Positions 26,101 to 41,100 of a stretch of DNA of 64,000 nt are shown one piece after another (positions within the stretch are counted from its first letter, which is position 1; every line of letters starts with the position of its first letter). A program made the position numbers and the translations under genes. The notes beneath the pieces are model-generated. The model saw only the letters and a program-made list of their open reading frames with translations, was not told the DNA's origin and did no database searches. This stretch comes from Saccostrea echinata (Eukaryota): positions 6,386,001 to 6,450,000 of the forward strand of contig NW_026889757.1 in NCBI RefSeq assembly GCF_033153115.1. The letters are read 5' to 3'.

Positions 26101-29100
26101 GATGAACTTAGCAAATAGATTAATGCAATGCACTTTTTTTGGTCTTGTAATGACTTTACTTATTTATTTAACATGACAAAACATACAGAGATTAAAATCT
26201 TTTAGAGTATTTCTTTCAGAAAGAACACAATGTCACAGAATGAAGATTAGGACTTTTTTAGAGAAGTAAACTTATAGACTTTTCTTCAATGAAGTTCAAA
26301 TCAGTGACTATATAATAAAAGAACTTACTTCATATGGAAGGGTTTTGTGTCTGTATAAAATGAACTCTCCTTCCAAGAAATTATTGTAGTGCCTGCAATG
26401 ACAATTCAGTTGAAATTACAGACATCATATATTCATGGACATCAATGATGAATGCTTGACATATTTATCAAATAAAGTTGCATAAGGGTTATTTTACCAT
26501 TTATCAAAAGAGGTCATGTGAGGATCATTGATAGATTTACACACAGCACTCTTGTCCCCATCCTTCACCTTCACCTAGGGAGAAAAATCCTCAAATTTTA
26601 TTTCTTAGCAATAAAAAACTTTGAAATTAGCTGAAATGTTAGATATTTTATTCAAAATTTGAATTCTTCTGCAATGCATATTCAACAGTTTAATGAATCA
26701 GTTATTAGATAAATAATGTACTCTCAACAGTCAACAGCATGAGAAATGAACCCTTTTGTAAAACGTTTCATTAGACTTTTCATTACCAATACTCATAAAT
26801 TCTTGTTGTGGTATGCATATAGCAATACAAAATTTAGTATGGTAACAAATTCTGACAACAAAGCTATCCTTTTACAATATTTAATGTTCCTGCTTACTTT
26901 GACAAGGCTGGTATTAGCGGTGTAGTTGACACTGCCCTGACAGCTGACCTCTGACACGATAGACAGAGTCCTCGTTTTGTCTTTGTCATAGAGGAGGTCA
27001 ATGGAAGCAAACACTGGAATAACTGTGATCCTCTCCCAGGTCCTCATTGTGATCATGTTACCACAGAATGGAGTGGTCACTTCATTGGAGACACTGAAAA
27101 CAACCATCGTCGTCAGTAATGATACAGACAAAGTAAAATGTATGAAATCATTGTCAAGAAGAGAAAATATAAACATAGAAAATAAGTCTACTGATAAAAT
27201 AATTAGCTTCAGAAATTAAACACATAACATTGAGATAAAAATTGAATTTGCAAAGTTCAGAAATGAGATGGGATGAAATCTAAGATCACTTGTGGATGTA
27301 CAAACGTAGTTGTATTCCTACCTGTATCCAATCACAGCCTGATTTAGCCTGTTGGAGTTAGGACAGAGTTGTTCTATCTCAGAGAATTGCGTGTTAACTT
27401 TGACATAACAGGAGTTATTGGCCCTGTCTTCAGGTCGACACAGTAACCTAGGTGGCACTGTCAGTCGAATATTGACATCGCCTGGCAGACCTCCTTCTAC
27501 AACTGTTATCTCCTTTGTGACAACCTGCAATAAATATTGCAAAACTCAGAACTTGTGTGGGAGTTTACAGTTACCCATCCATAATTCTTCAAGCCATTCA
27601 ATTGAAAAAAAAATCCATCCACTTCAATTAAAAATAATCCCATGGTAAACAAATGTAGAATCTCCTTGTGTCTTCGTTAACAAGAATGCAGATTATGATT
27701 AGAAATAGCAACTTTAATCCAAGATTACCTGGACTTCAGCAGTGATGATGTTACTTTTACGTGCAGGTCCCTCTGTAGTTGCACAACTGTATACATAACA
27801 AGGTGTCACCATGCAATATGTCTGCAACAGAAATACATGCAAGTTATAAAATAAATTCTACATGAAGCTTAATTTAATTATAGATCAGATATCAGTAAAT
27901 TTCTGTAAGCATTGTCAGTGAACTAGCTGACTTGCAAATAAATTAGAGAGATGCAACTCATTGACATGCAACTCAACTAGAGAGAAATACAAGTTTCATC
28001 ATGACACCTGGATTTTATTTCATCTGTGCACACTTAATGTAACTGTGTGTATTTGAGACCATACTTTACCTTAACTCCATAGCCTCCTTCACCATACTCT
28101 GATTCTGACATGATGTACTTCTCAGCCTTGCCATCTACCAGACCTACATCCTTAACCTTTTTGTCATCCACAAAGAACTGAACTTTGTATGCAACATCTC
28201 CCCGAGGCAAGCGTTCAAACTTGCACTGAAATTGGGCCTCTGTATCGTTCTCACTGTAGGATGCAGAAAGCTCTGGAGCACTGGTCAGTTCAGGAATGTC
28301 TATAAATCAGGTGTCAGATATGTTTAATTCAAATGTTAAAATTTCAGAATATCACAATTTTTTTTTTATTTGAATTCATTATTTCCTCAACGTTTGCTTG
28401 AGGATATTTTAAAATTGTCATCTTTTTAATATCTAAAAATCAGAAACAATTCAACCACATTTCAACTTCTTCAAAATTTTTGTTAGCATAAAATGAACAG
28501 AGCTCGAGAAATTTCACTCACATCAGTTTATTTTACTGTTTTTTTAATCTTATTTATGGTTAACCTTTATATTTTGTATTTCTTGATGTAAAGTAAAACC
28601 TGTTTTCTTTAGTGCCTTACCAATAACAAATCCTATAGCTGTAATGATTCTGGTCTCAGCCTTCACTAAGGTAGTACTTCCCACTTCACATTTAGATGCC
28701 ACTCGTCTCCCTCCAGGCACCGGCCCACCAAGTCTGAATCCATGTAATTTAGTTCCCTTAACTGTCCTCTTGACTGGTGCCCTTGTCCTTCCCACACTTA
28801 CTCCATCCATGAAACACTCCAAACCATAGCTGAGTCCCCACGAAAACTCAAAATCAAAATAAACATTAATTTTTCTAAAGACTGTAACCACCGTCCATTC
28901 AAAACTTTCAGTACTTAACGTCAGGTACATGCGACCTCCTCTGAGGTACAGAGAAACCCCTCTGTAGCCTGGCAAATCTCCACCAGACGAGAAGATGTAA
29001 GAATCGTCTATCATAGAAGACACTTTCAGTGAGAATTTGTAGGAAAATCCAAACTGCAGACAGAGCTCTGGATTCCTTAGACAACTGTTCTGGTCATTAT

Positions 29101-32100
29101 CTTCTATGTAGGACTGTCCATCAAACCTTAATGCTAACCCTCCTTTCCATCCATCCACCAACAATGGTACAATTCTTCCCACCGTGAAGTTACCAAGGGA
29201 GGTAAGTAACACATTGTTGATAATGGAGATGTATGTAATTCTCAAAGCAGTGATAGCAGTGGCTGAAAATATAGAGCAACAGATGTGCTTATGAAAAACT
29301 TTTATTTGTGAACTGTAAATGCCTGAAAAACTTAAAAATTAAGAAATTACTCAACTCCAAATGAAACCTTCACCATTATTGTAGTAGAAGTAGGACATTC
29401 TCAAAAGACAAAGAAGAGAACAAAAATAAGCTTACTTTCTATCCTTGTCCACGTGGTTCCGTTTATGTCAGGCATACAGACGTATCTATTATCCTGATCA
29501 AACACAGCCCCAGCAGAGTAACACTGGCCACCAATCTTACAGGTATCATTCTACAATAGAAAATCTAACAGCACTGATATACATGTAATTCTACATTAGA
29601 AAGTCTAACAGGTGCCATTCCATAATAAACAATCTAACAGATAATATGCATCTTCTTCAGATGAATATACAATATTACAAGTTATTTCACATACAGAATC
29701 TTTCAGGTATCATTTAATAATATACAACTTGCATATGTATGCATCATTTGACAATAGACAAATACTAACCGATACTCTCTAAATTTAGTTATAAATGGAA
29801 TATGCATTATGACAATAGGAAGATGACTTTTTGAATTTCTTTTCTTGTTTAAATTTGGCTTACTCTTACCCTGTCAACACAGACCAGAGTGTCCTCATCA
29901 CAATGCGTACAGAAAGAGTCATACACAACATATCTGATGGGTTTACTCTGTCTCTCTCCACCATAGCTCACAGTTATGTTGGCTGTCCTGGGTGTCAACA
30001 TTTCACAAACAACTGACTCTGAGCTCAGGTACGTTGCTGGTCTCCCAGGCTAACAGTTTTAAAAAAGATACTAGTGAATCAAAACACCAACAAATTGAAC
30101 ATTTTTTTTCACCAAAATTTTTACATAATAAGGACAACAAGAGATAAAAAAATTCTTAAAGTGATTTTGAATAATTGACATGCAGGAATTTGTGCTCTAA
30201 TCCATTTCAATCTTAGCAGCACAAACTATATGTATCAATAAAGTTTTAAAGACATTAGGTCTAAAAAGGCATAATAAAACAACAAAACAATTCACAGCTT
30301 ACCCCATTAAAATAGTGGCAGACAAGAGAGTCATTATTCTGGAAATTTTCTCCAATCAGGAAGATCCTCTTACACTGGTCTCCATCCTCACTCTCCCTAA
30401 TGTCACACAACTGACCATTCAGAATGTCTGTTACATTGGGGGGTATTGTGATGTCTACAGAGCAATCTATATCACCAAAGCCTGGGTCACACTGACACTG
30501 ACCTACAGAGAATATCACACACAATAGATGAAATTTAACTCATTAAACAACAATACTAATTATAAAAGTATACTGTAAACACATATATACTATATATTTT
30601 AGCACACAAAATATTTAGTGCAATTGTCCTCTTCAACTGATCAGAGAAATCATGAATTAGCGCAGTAAATGTTTAACAACATTTTATCATACATTAGTGT
30701 GTACATAAATTAGCGGATAAGAAGCAGCGCAAAATTCTCTAAAATATGATTACTGCTAAATAAGTAATTTTACAATATATAATTACATGTATATACACAC
30801 AGAACAAATGAACCTTGGCAAACACTTCTATGTAAGAAATGAATTATTCATGGCTTTGTAATTTACAATAAACAATTATAAATAAATTTGTATCAGTTGA
30901 TAGAATCTTTTATTACTAAAATGTCCAGTAAGAATCAGATTCTACAATAGATGAACAAATGTCAAGTACATGTATTATCAAATGGTATGACAATAACTTC
31001 TAGATGTTAGACATGACTCATAACATTATATGTACCTTTAACACATGTTCCCTTGCCACTACACTCATTTATACAGTAATTATCCACTACAGCTTCCTCA
31101 GGGACAGGTTGTCCTCCTACCATCACCCACAGGTTTACATTTGTTACTATCTCTGTTATACACTTTATCTTGATGCTCTCCAAAGCCTCAAATTCCCAAG
31201 ATGTATCTCCAGTAAGCTGTATCAGAAAAATAAGTTAAACTCAGTACTGATCATACTGAAAGGGCATAAATCTAGTCATATTTCAACAGAAATAAGGATA
31301 CAATTGAATCGAAAGTAATACATGATTAAGAATTCTCTGATATCATATCACATGTAGATTATCTATGTAATCAAAAATGAAAGAATGAATAGAGACAATA
31401 CAGGTATTAATGAAGTGCTATCAGGTAGTACACTTTGTTTTCAGAGAAAAAAAAATCATCAAATTCTACTAATGTTGTAAATCTTAAAGACCTGCTTCTT
31501 ATTTGCTGAAAGCTTGAATAGTAAATGTTAAAAAGAACAAAAGAAGGAGAAAACTCACTCCAATGTCTTCCATACAGGATTCCACAGAAAGTTCCAGGCC
31601 TATGGCTGCAGATAGGCCTGTCTTATTGTTACAGGAAAAACCAATCTTGGTGTTTAAAACAAAATTTAAACAGTGCTGGTAAGCCATGGATGCATTCATA
31701 CCATTCCTGGGCCAAACAATTTCCTGAAATAATTTGGTTTAATCTTTCAAATTTACACTTAAAACATAAAAAAACTCAAAAAGTCAGAAACAAACTGGAG
31801 CTTCCTTTAGAATAAATGTTCTGTATATAATAACACATGGAAAACATTTATGCACTAGCAGAAATAATGCAATGAAAGCTATTTGAAGTTTCTCACTGGT
31901 GTTGTATAGTTAACATCATATTCAAACACAATCTGGGGTTGCAAGGTGATGCACTTCTTGGGAGCCATTGCAAATTTCAAGACTTCATCTGTGATGTCTT
32001 TGCCTTCAGAGATTAAAATGAAATTGTAAAACAATTACAGAAAAAGTAAAATCATGAATGATAATTTTATTATATAGAAATTTGTGCCAAAGAAAATATG

Positions 32101-35100
32101 AATGATAAAGTTCTACACCGTCATAAGAGCTATTAAGTACTTGATCTTTCTACAATCATACATTTATTTTCTCTTCAAGTCCATACCTCTGAGTTTTGTC
32201 TGCTGACAAGTGAAGTCTGTAGACAATTTAGAACAGGTGAAGTTATTGACAGGGTCACAGTAAAACATCTCTGGTGTCCTTACATCAGAAGTCAAGTCTG
32301 GACAGAATCCATTGAATAGAGTGTCTTCAGGGCTAAAAATAGTCAAATCTTGAGTTCCTAAGTCTGTTTTTGGTATCTCATGACCATTGAATATTCTAAT
32401 ACATGTATATAATTGTATTTCCTTAGAGTTTTTGTAAAATGGGCACTCATTTTATAAAAGATTTGAAAATTTGACTAAATTTTGAGGGCATGTCATGATA
32501 CTATCATGAAACAAAGAACTGTTCTTACTCGACTCGCCAGCTGATGGAGAAGGCATTGGGGCGTTTTTGGTTAGTTTTTACTACAGTACCATCAGGTTTC
32601 ATTAGATCATTGTCTTTTCTATTGTCCAAGGTCCCACACAGTCCTAGATAAATCAATCAAAAAGGAATACATATAACATATGGCATGGATTTAATATCAA
32701 CATCAATACAATTAAAAAGTTATTCCTGTATATACAGAAACAAGTGAGAATTTTAGGTCATCAGTTTGATTGATCATTGTTTTATTAGCTGCAATAATGT
32801 AGCCCTCTCCGATTTTTTTTTTTTTTTTTTTTTGGGAGAGGGCTACAACTCCATAGGATCTCCGTAATGGTGCAAGTGCGGGAGTGATTCACTACCGCAC
32901 CGATTTCGGCTCAAATTATCAGTAAGTGGGTATTTTATTAACATATGTTACCTGAACTCATAAAATGTAGTTATGCAAGACATGAATTGATCCAAAAATA
33001 TACAGAACAATCCGTATATCGGTTATTTTTCATGTATGTCAACATCACAACTTGAATTTATCCGCCATGTTTACTGACCTTGATCGATTTTATTTTGGGA
33101 CAACCAATGAGAATTCGGGATCTAGGGGAGCGGATCATTTAGGATTTCCCATATTTTAAGCATAAATATCACTGTATATGAAAAAATATCCCATGGAATG
33201 CTTTTATTTATCGATGTTTAGTGATATCATACAACACAAACATTTATCAACACCGATATTTACTTTATCAAGTGATTCTAAATTTCAAGCGCAAGTCTCA
33301 GTACATCACGCGAGAACTGTCATGGCTGCTGAGGAGAACAACTGGTAAACACACAGATTTATTTTACATGGTTTTCGCGTATAAAGGGCTATGATGTTGA
33401 CAGTGAATAAAAATTCTGTCTCATTGGAAGTAAGTTGAATGCAAAAACAATTTATTTTGCCTGCAGTCGTCCGTATCTAAAAAATATATTTGCACCATTA
33501 CGGAGATGCAGTGGAATTGTAGTCCTCACCTGAAAATATCCTATTTAAAAAAATCGGGGAGGGCTACATTATTGCAGCTATTGTTTTATATACTCTAATT
33601 AACTACAGATTTTTATTTCAGATTTAGCATCAGTCACACCTTCTGTTCGGTTGAAGTCCATAGGCGAGGCATGGAGCCAAACATTCAGAAATTGACTTGT
33701 TCTTCTCTTGCCATTCTTAACAACCACATAGGTTCCTGAGGGCATATAAATCTAAATACAAAACAAAAGGATCAGTGCTAAATTCACACAAATGACAACC
33801 CATGTCATGGAGTGAATTTTGGGATTTCTCCTTTGTGGATGGAATGCATATTTCTTACTTTAAAAATGAAGTAAGACAAAACTTCTTAAGAACTTATTCC
33901 CTATGAGCACATTTTCAGTTTCTCACCCTGTATTCCTGTCCTGTCTGGTAGACTCTGAATCCTGGAGTTAGCTCCCCATTAACATAAGATCTGATCTGAA
34001 TAGGTTTGGTGGTGACCTTTCCACCTTTGACCTGGCTACACCTGTCAATCACTATGACATCATCATCCACCTTGACAGCTACAGCACAGTTGCAGGAGGC
34101 CTTTCCATTACAATTTTTGTAGAAAGTTCGTACCTAAAAAAAAGGACAGAAATACCAATGTATGACAGAGAATTTCAAACATCAAATGTTTACTCTTTCG
34201 CAAAGTTAAACTTCTTAAAAATGTCTTTAGCTTATATTACCTCATAATGACTTGTAGTGTGTCTGTACAGCACAAATTCACCTTCATAAAAGTTGTTATA
34301 TTTCCTGTAAAGTAAAATTATGACATCTTGCTTTACACATGCATAGATTTTTCCAATGGCAAAAAAAAGATATCAAATTTCATTTTATATTTCAAATGAC
34401 ATATTGTGAAAGAAACATCATGAAAGAATTTACCTTCCATCTAGTGTTCTCATATGTGGATCATTGATAGAACTGCACAGGTGAGATTCATGTCTGTCCA
34501 TAACTTTTACCTGTATGAGAATAATATTTGTCACAGTAATGTTCAATGGTTTATGAGAAGCAACTGACACAAGAAAATTCAACTAGAGGAGAGAAGTTCT
34601 GGATCTCTCTCTCAAAAAAGGCACAAATTCCATGTTTTCTCTAATAAAATCTAATGTATTAGCAATATATTATTGACCTATTGAACCTTGATCTCTTAAA
34701 GTACAGTATCATTTGGTTAATCTTGATAGCTTTCATCTAAGAAATATTTTACATAGTAACCAAATTGTCTAAATCTCCAGGATTTTTTTAGCTCATTTTT
34801 TTCTTTAAGATCAAGTGACAAATACCTTTATATTTGCTGTCATATTGTTTCTACTTGTCATATTGCCATCCCTGACAAAGGAGACTAGAGTTAACTCCCT
34901 CTCTTGGTCCCCATCCTTCAGCATGTCCATGTTAGCCAGTACAGGGATCACAAGTCTGTTCCTCCAGTTATTCCTTGTTATCCTCAGTCCCTCCTTTTCT
35001 GAATCCCTCACTATTAAGATCTGCGTCACACCTTTGTCCTCACATTTCAACTCCTTGTCTCCTCTGACTTCTGGTCTCACCACGACCTCACAGTCATCCG

Positions 35101-38100
35101 CGGAACAGAAGATAAAGGGAGGAAACTCCAACTCAATTTCAATGTTGGAGGATTCACCTCCCTCAACAACTTCAATATCTCTTTCAACAATCTGGAAACA
35201 TCAAACAAATTGTTAACTGCTGTTTTAATGATACCAATCAAATTGCAACAAAATCACTGATAGTACTGGATTAGTTCTGGCTAAACTTATTTGTAATCAC
35301 AAAGTTCCCCGGACAGATTCTGGTTATAGTACGTGTATATCAGCTCTAAAACAAGTGAAAATATAATGTCCTTCTCCCCCTAAATCTGTAATTGTTTTAC
35401 TTCATTGTAACACTGTACCTACACCAGAAATCACTACTTGTATGTCAAACAATCAATAGTATGGTCTCTTTCCTTACTTTGACAGCCAAAGTGATGGGTT
35501 TGCTATTCAGGATAGGGCTGGTTGTGTTCTCACAGTCATTGATAAAACATGCCTTTACTCCACACTCCACCTACAAAATGAGACATTAAGCTTTTAACCA
35601 TAGTATTTATTTAGCTGCTACATGTATTAAAATTTTTATAAAATCATGATAATGATGTATGAAAAAGGCAGCTATCATTAAATATTATACATTACACATA
35701 ATATGAATGAAAATGAATATCTAATGTAATTTTAAGCTTCATATAATCTTTCTGAAAAACAACAGAATAAAATCCATTACTAAATATACATGTATTAAGG
35801 AAATAACTAGTGTCTCTCACAACTGCAGCCTACCTTGGAGCCATAGGTGAAATTAGCTAAGTCTTGGTATGATATGTCAGATGTAAACTTCCTGTCATCT
35901 GTTCTGTTGACCTCTGACATCATCCTCTCCTTTCCATCAACAGTCCAGACAACAAATGACTGGGTAGCATTCTCCATCCTGACCATTCCCTCACATCTGA
36001 ACAAGAACTGACCAGTGGTCTGGTTGTAAGATGTGGACAGCACAGGTTGGTCTCGGACAAGAGGATGATCTGCACATAAAGAAGAATTCTACAGATCTAC
36101 ATGTAGATATTTTAGTTCAATTTGTTCATTTTAAACTTGTAGATGAAGTATATTGTATTTTCTATTAAATCAGCTTAGATTCATACATCTATCTCTCCAA
36201 GAAAACAGAACTATCAAGGCAAAAAACATTTGCATGTAATTAACATATTAATACAAGTTAACAGGGTACTGCATGGGCAAATCCAGATACATGTATAAGA
36301 GAAAAATACATCTAGTACATAATATTCTACTGTGAATAGAAAGATTTTACACCTATGACAGTTAAATATGTAAATTTTCAGCAAAAAAATATTACCTCTT
36401 TTGACACTCCACATGTCATAATTCTCATAAGGATTACAAATCAGAGAGGAGTTGATGGGGTTAAACTCGCCAATGTTGTAGCACACATTCTCAATAAAGC
36501 ATTTTTGTTCCTTTAAAAGAATCATTTAGAGCATTAAATCTCATCAAACTAGCCATAAAAAAACAAAATGAAATCTATATGAACACATCTGTAACATTCA
36601 TATGAACAATATTTCCCAATGATCTGGTTTGATTCTATCATACTTAAAAGGAGTGTAATTTTAAAACATCTAAATCTAAACAAATTTCCAACTGACCTTG
36701 AATCGGCACATTCCAGATCTTGTACACTCATGACACCTGCTGTCGAATACAGTCAGAAGACTGGATGAGCTCCAAGTACTGTTGTCATTAGATACTGCTA
36801 TAAAGTAGCTACTCCTGGATGGAAGGGGACAGAGTATTTCATTATAGGTCACCAGGATGGCAGGAACATATATTTCCTCTTCTGTTCTGTTGTAACCTCC
36901 ATCCAACAACTATGCACAGACAGAAAATTCTTGTTTGTTAAACAGTTCATATTACCGTACATGCTTTATATCTTTGTAAGAATATAAAATTTGCAAGTTT
37001 AAAATATATTAAAGTAAATCAGCTGTTACCTTAACTGGTTCGATTCTACACATGAGTTTGTCCGACATGACAAATGTTGTTCCAAAGACTGCCACATCAC
37101 TGCACTGCCTCTCATTGAGGTCATAAAGTCCATTATTTCTGAGGAACCATAAATCTGGCACCACTGTCATGTTGACAGAGCAGTCAGCACCACCCAAATC
37201 TGGATCACACTCACATGTCCCTATATAAAGCATAGATACTGTATGAACAATGGCAAAATTCATGAAACTATTAAATATATTGTACTGTTATAGTACATTA
37301 ACCATACATATGCCAAAAAGGGCAACTCTACTGTCTCAAATATTAAGATTACAGCATTCTTAACATTCAAAATAATTATAACTATCACAGTGTACAACAT
37401 ACATGTACTTGCAAATTTTCTTTACATTTGAGATTAGTGGATACTGCTTATACAGAGTTAACAATTAATTTAATGTTAAAATGATCTACAGCAAGTGTAG
37501 CATAGGTACATGTACTAAATAAGTTGATGCTATTGCAAGTTACTCTATAATCTAGGATTTTTTTTTCTATACTGACCATTCACACACTGTCCTCTCTCAC
37601 TACAGTTGTTAAGACAGAGCTTCCCAAGAATTGAGCTATCTGGAGCAAGCATCCCACTGTCATTTGTCCATAAACTCACATTACGTGTCAACTCAACCTC
37701 ACAGATCTCCACCAAATGTTCTAGTACAGTTGAGGCCAAATTAAATGAGTCCTCTATCTACAGAGATGGGAATAAAACAAACAATCAGTGTACTGATCAG
37801 TGTCAGTGTACTTAACAAAGAATGAAAATTTTTTAATTAAGTTGATGTCCTGTCTGAGGCAGCTTACCTTGATCTCTGCTATACAAAGGTCAAGGATTTC
37901 TGAAGTGTCTGTGACATTGGAACAGAGAGAGGCCCTCATGCTGTTCTCCAGAACACTAAGGCAGTGATTTCTGGCCATCTCATAAGTGACGTTAGACATA
38001 GTGGGCCAGTCAACATCCTAAACAAAGAAGGTATTTTTCTATTCTTGTTTTTCCTAGCTTATCAACTTTTAAGGGTAACTAGAGACTTGAAACCAGATAT

Positions 38101-41100
38101 CTACAAGTTTTCCAAGAGAAAGAGTGCTTTTAATGCATGCAACTCTTAAAAATCATTTTTTATTTCTTTATGAATTTAAAATTACTATATATTTAGTTTC
38201 CTTCTCTCACCTACACTGGACATACCTTTGCTTTGTATTCTTCATCATATTCATACATTGTTTCATTACAGCCAACAGATGCCATGCACATAGATCTGCC
38301 AACCAGTATTTGTGTTAGGTCATCTAAAGCAAACAGATTTTCTTGTCAAATTACTTTGATTTTGAAATACATCAAACAATACAAGACTTTGAAAATTTGC
38401 CAAATACAATATTCTGATATCGTTAAAATGAAATAGGGCAAATTTTTAGAGTCCATATAAACTATCTATTTTACACTAATGAATATGACCAGTTATTTCC
38501 CAAAAACATGATTTTTTCAAGATGATTTTCAAGTTTTCAAAAGAATTAAATGATAGAAAGTACGATAATGAACAATATGTACTCACTATCTATGCAAGAA
38601 TGATGGTTTTACAATACCTTTCTGTTGTTTTCTGTTCAGGGGACATAACTGGTAGCAAGCACCAGAGTGACAAGAAGAAGTATCCCCTAATGGACAGTCA
38701 CATAAATCTGGGTCAACTACCGTCATTTGGTCACATGACCCTGTTAGCAGACTCTCATTTTTCATCACTCTAAAAAGGGAAGGAATACTGTATATTCTAA
38801 AAGGATTGAGTTGAAATTTCTAACATTCTAAAGAAAATCTCTTATCATGCAATGTTGAAAATGTTAGCAATCTTTACTTAATTTCCTCATAATCTTTGAA
38901 GTCTATAGCAAGGTTCTCATATACTGGTTTCACCACACATATACAGTATCCTGTACTTTTAATATTGAATAAAAGGAATAGAATCCCTTTACAGATAATT
39001 TTACACACCTCCAGGAGAGAGAGAATGGGTCTGGGCGAAGACCTGGAACATCAAACATAGAGCCATCTGGGAGTGTCCAATCATTCTGCTTTCTACCATC
39101 GAAATTACCACAAAGACCTGTATGAAGTAAAATAAATTAAAATTTGGAAAAAGAATTACATCGAAAGTATCCAATAAATTTTATGAAGAGGTAATCTGAC
39201 ATGTAATGTATGTCTAAAGTCAATTCATCTTTTAGGAATGAACTTATTTTCCATCTATTTAGTGTCCACTGAGGACACCCTAAATTCTGGTATCAGACAA
39301 TGAGAAGTTGATGAAAATTTTGGCCTACCAGTAGTACTGTTAAAATCAACACTTGATCCCTGCAGCCAGACATCAAGGCCAGTTGGGGACACTTTGATGG
39401 TTACCGAAGTTCCTTTGGGAAGCATGACCTGTGAACACACAAAAAAATCTGATACAATATGTTCACAATAAAATTAAACAAAACTAAATAACAGCTAACA
39501 GTTGTTTTCATGTGTTTTAAATGAAATCTCAAAGCTATAAACATACCAGCATTTTAAATATATTTTATAATATTTCTAATTTCAGTTTTAGATATTTTAT
39601 CCTAGAAATATTATGGACACCTTAAATTTTCTTCCTTCAGCCTGTCTGTACACTTTTGTACCAGGACTTAGTTCTCCATTCTTAAAGAGGTACACTCTGA
39701 TTGGTTGATTGGCCTGCTGGGTCATTCCTTTGCCACATTTGTCAATCACAACCACATCATCCCCTGATCTAATGCCCACTGCACAGGTACAAATAGCCCG
39801 TCCATTACAGCGACGATTAAAATTACGCACCTGAAAATAGAAACACATTCTGTAATACAGATCCAAACACTTAAGAATAGCTTGACCAGCAGGTTTAAAA
39901 ATTTCACCTATGAGCATTAGATGTGAGAATTCACCAACCTCATACAGCATATTATTGTGTCTGTACATGACAAATTCTCCTTCATTGAAATTGTTGTAGT
40001 ATCTGAAAATATTTTTTATTATTTTACAGAAACTTAAAAATAATACAAGAAACATGTAATTTGCTTGTAAGAATGCTCAAAGTTTTGCATTATGTACCTT
40101 CCATCAAAAGTAGTAATATGTGGTCCATTCAAAGATCTACATAAGGATGGACGATCCATGTCTTCAACTGTAGCCTAAAAGAAGATACCACATACATGGT
40201 ACATTCACATAGCAATTTGTGATAATTAAGCGAGATGTACATACTGCACATTGTGACAGATTTCAAGTACATTTGATAGAATACTTATATAAGTTTTTAC
40301 TGTACAAATCAATGACAGAGCAAACCCAGAACCCCCTTTATTGCTTACACTGAGGGTATGAAGGTCTGAACTTCTTGAAGTGTTTCCACTGATGACAACC
40401 TTCCCCAGTAATTTGACATCCTGCATAACATCACCATCATACAGACCATCAATTTTAGCTTTCAGCATTAGCTTAAATGAGTTCCTCCAGTTTGTATTAT
40501 TTATCATAAATCCACAGGAATCATTTACAGATCTGCAAAAATATTGAAACTTATTTAAATCAATTGTAAATTGATTGTATCAAAAAATATCCAAATACTG
40601 GCAATTAAGTTATAGGAAAAATGATAATACATTTGAGGTTGCTTATATGAATCTGTTTCTGTTAACAATCTGGACAGATAAAATAATCATTGTCTATCTT
40701 CTGTGTCTTAACTGACCTTGTCACTGACTTGATCACAACCTGCTGCATGTCAGATCTGTCTCTGCAGGTCAATGTCTTCTCATTCCTGACAGCTCTACTG
40801 GACACCAGAACAGAACACTCCTCATGAGGGGTGTCAAGGGGGCATAAGAAGGAGGGAGGAACAGTCATCTGGACCAACACTGGCTTACCAGTCTCACCCT
40901 CAATCAGGGTCAATGACTTCTCTGGGGTCACCTTTATGACAATAAAGAATAAATTTTGGCTTACATAATCACTGTCTTATCAAGAAATGAAAAGTTATTA
41001 ACTAAACTATGAGACATATTTTAAAACTCTTTTCTTCAGAATCTAAGGACTATTTCCTCTCTACATACTAAACAATTTTTTTCCCCATTTTTCAATCTAA

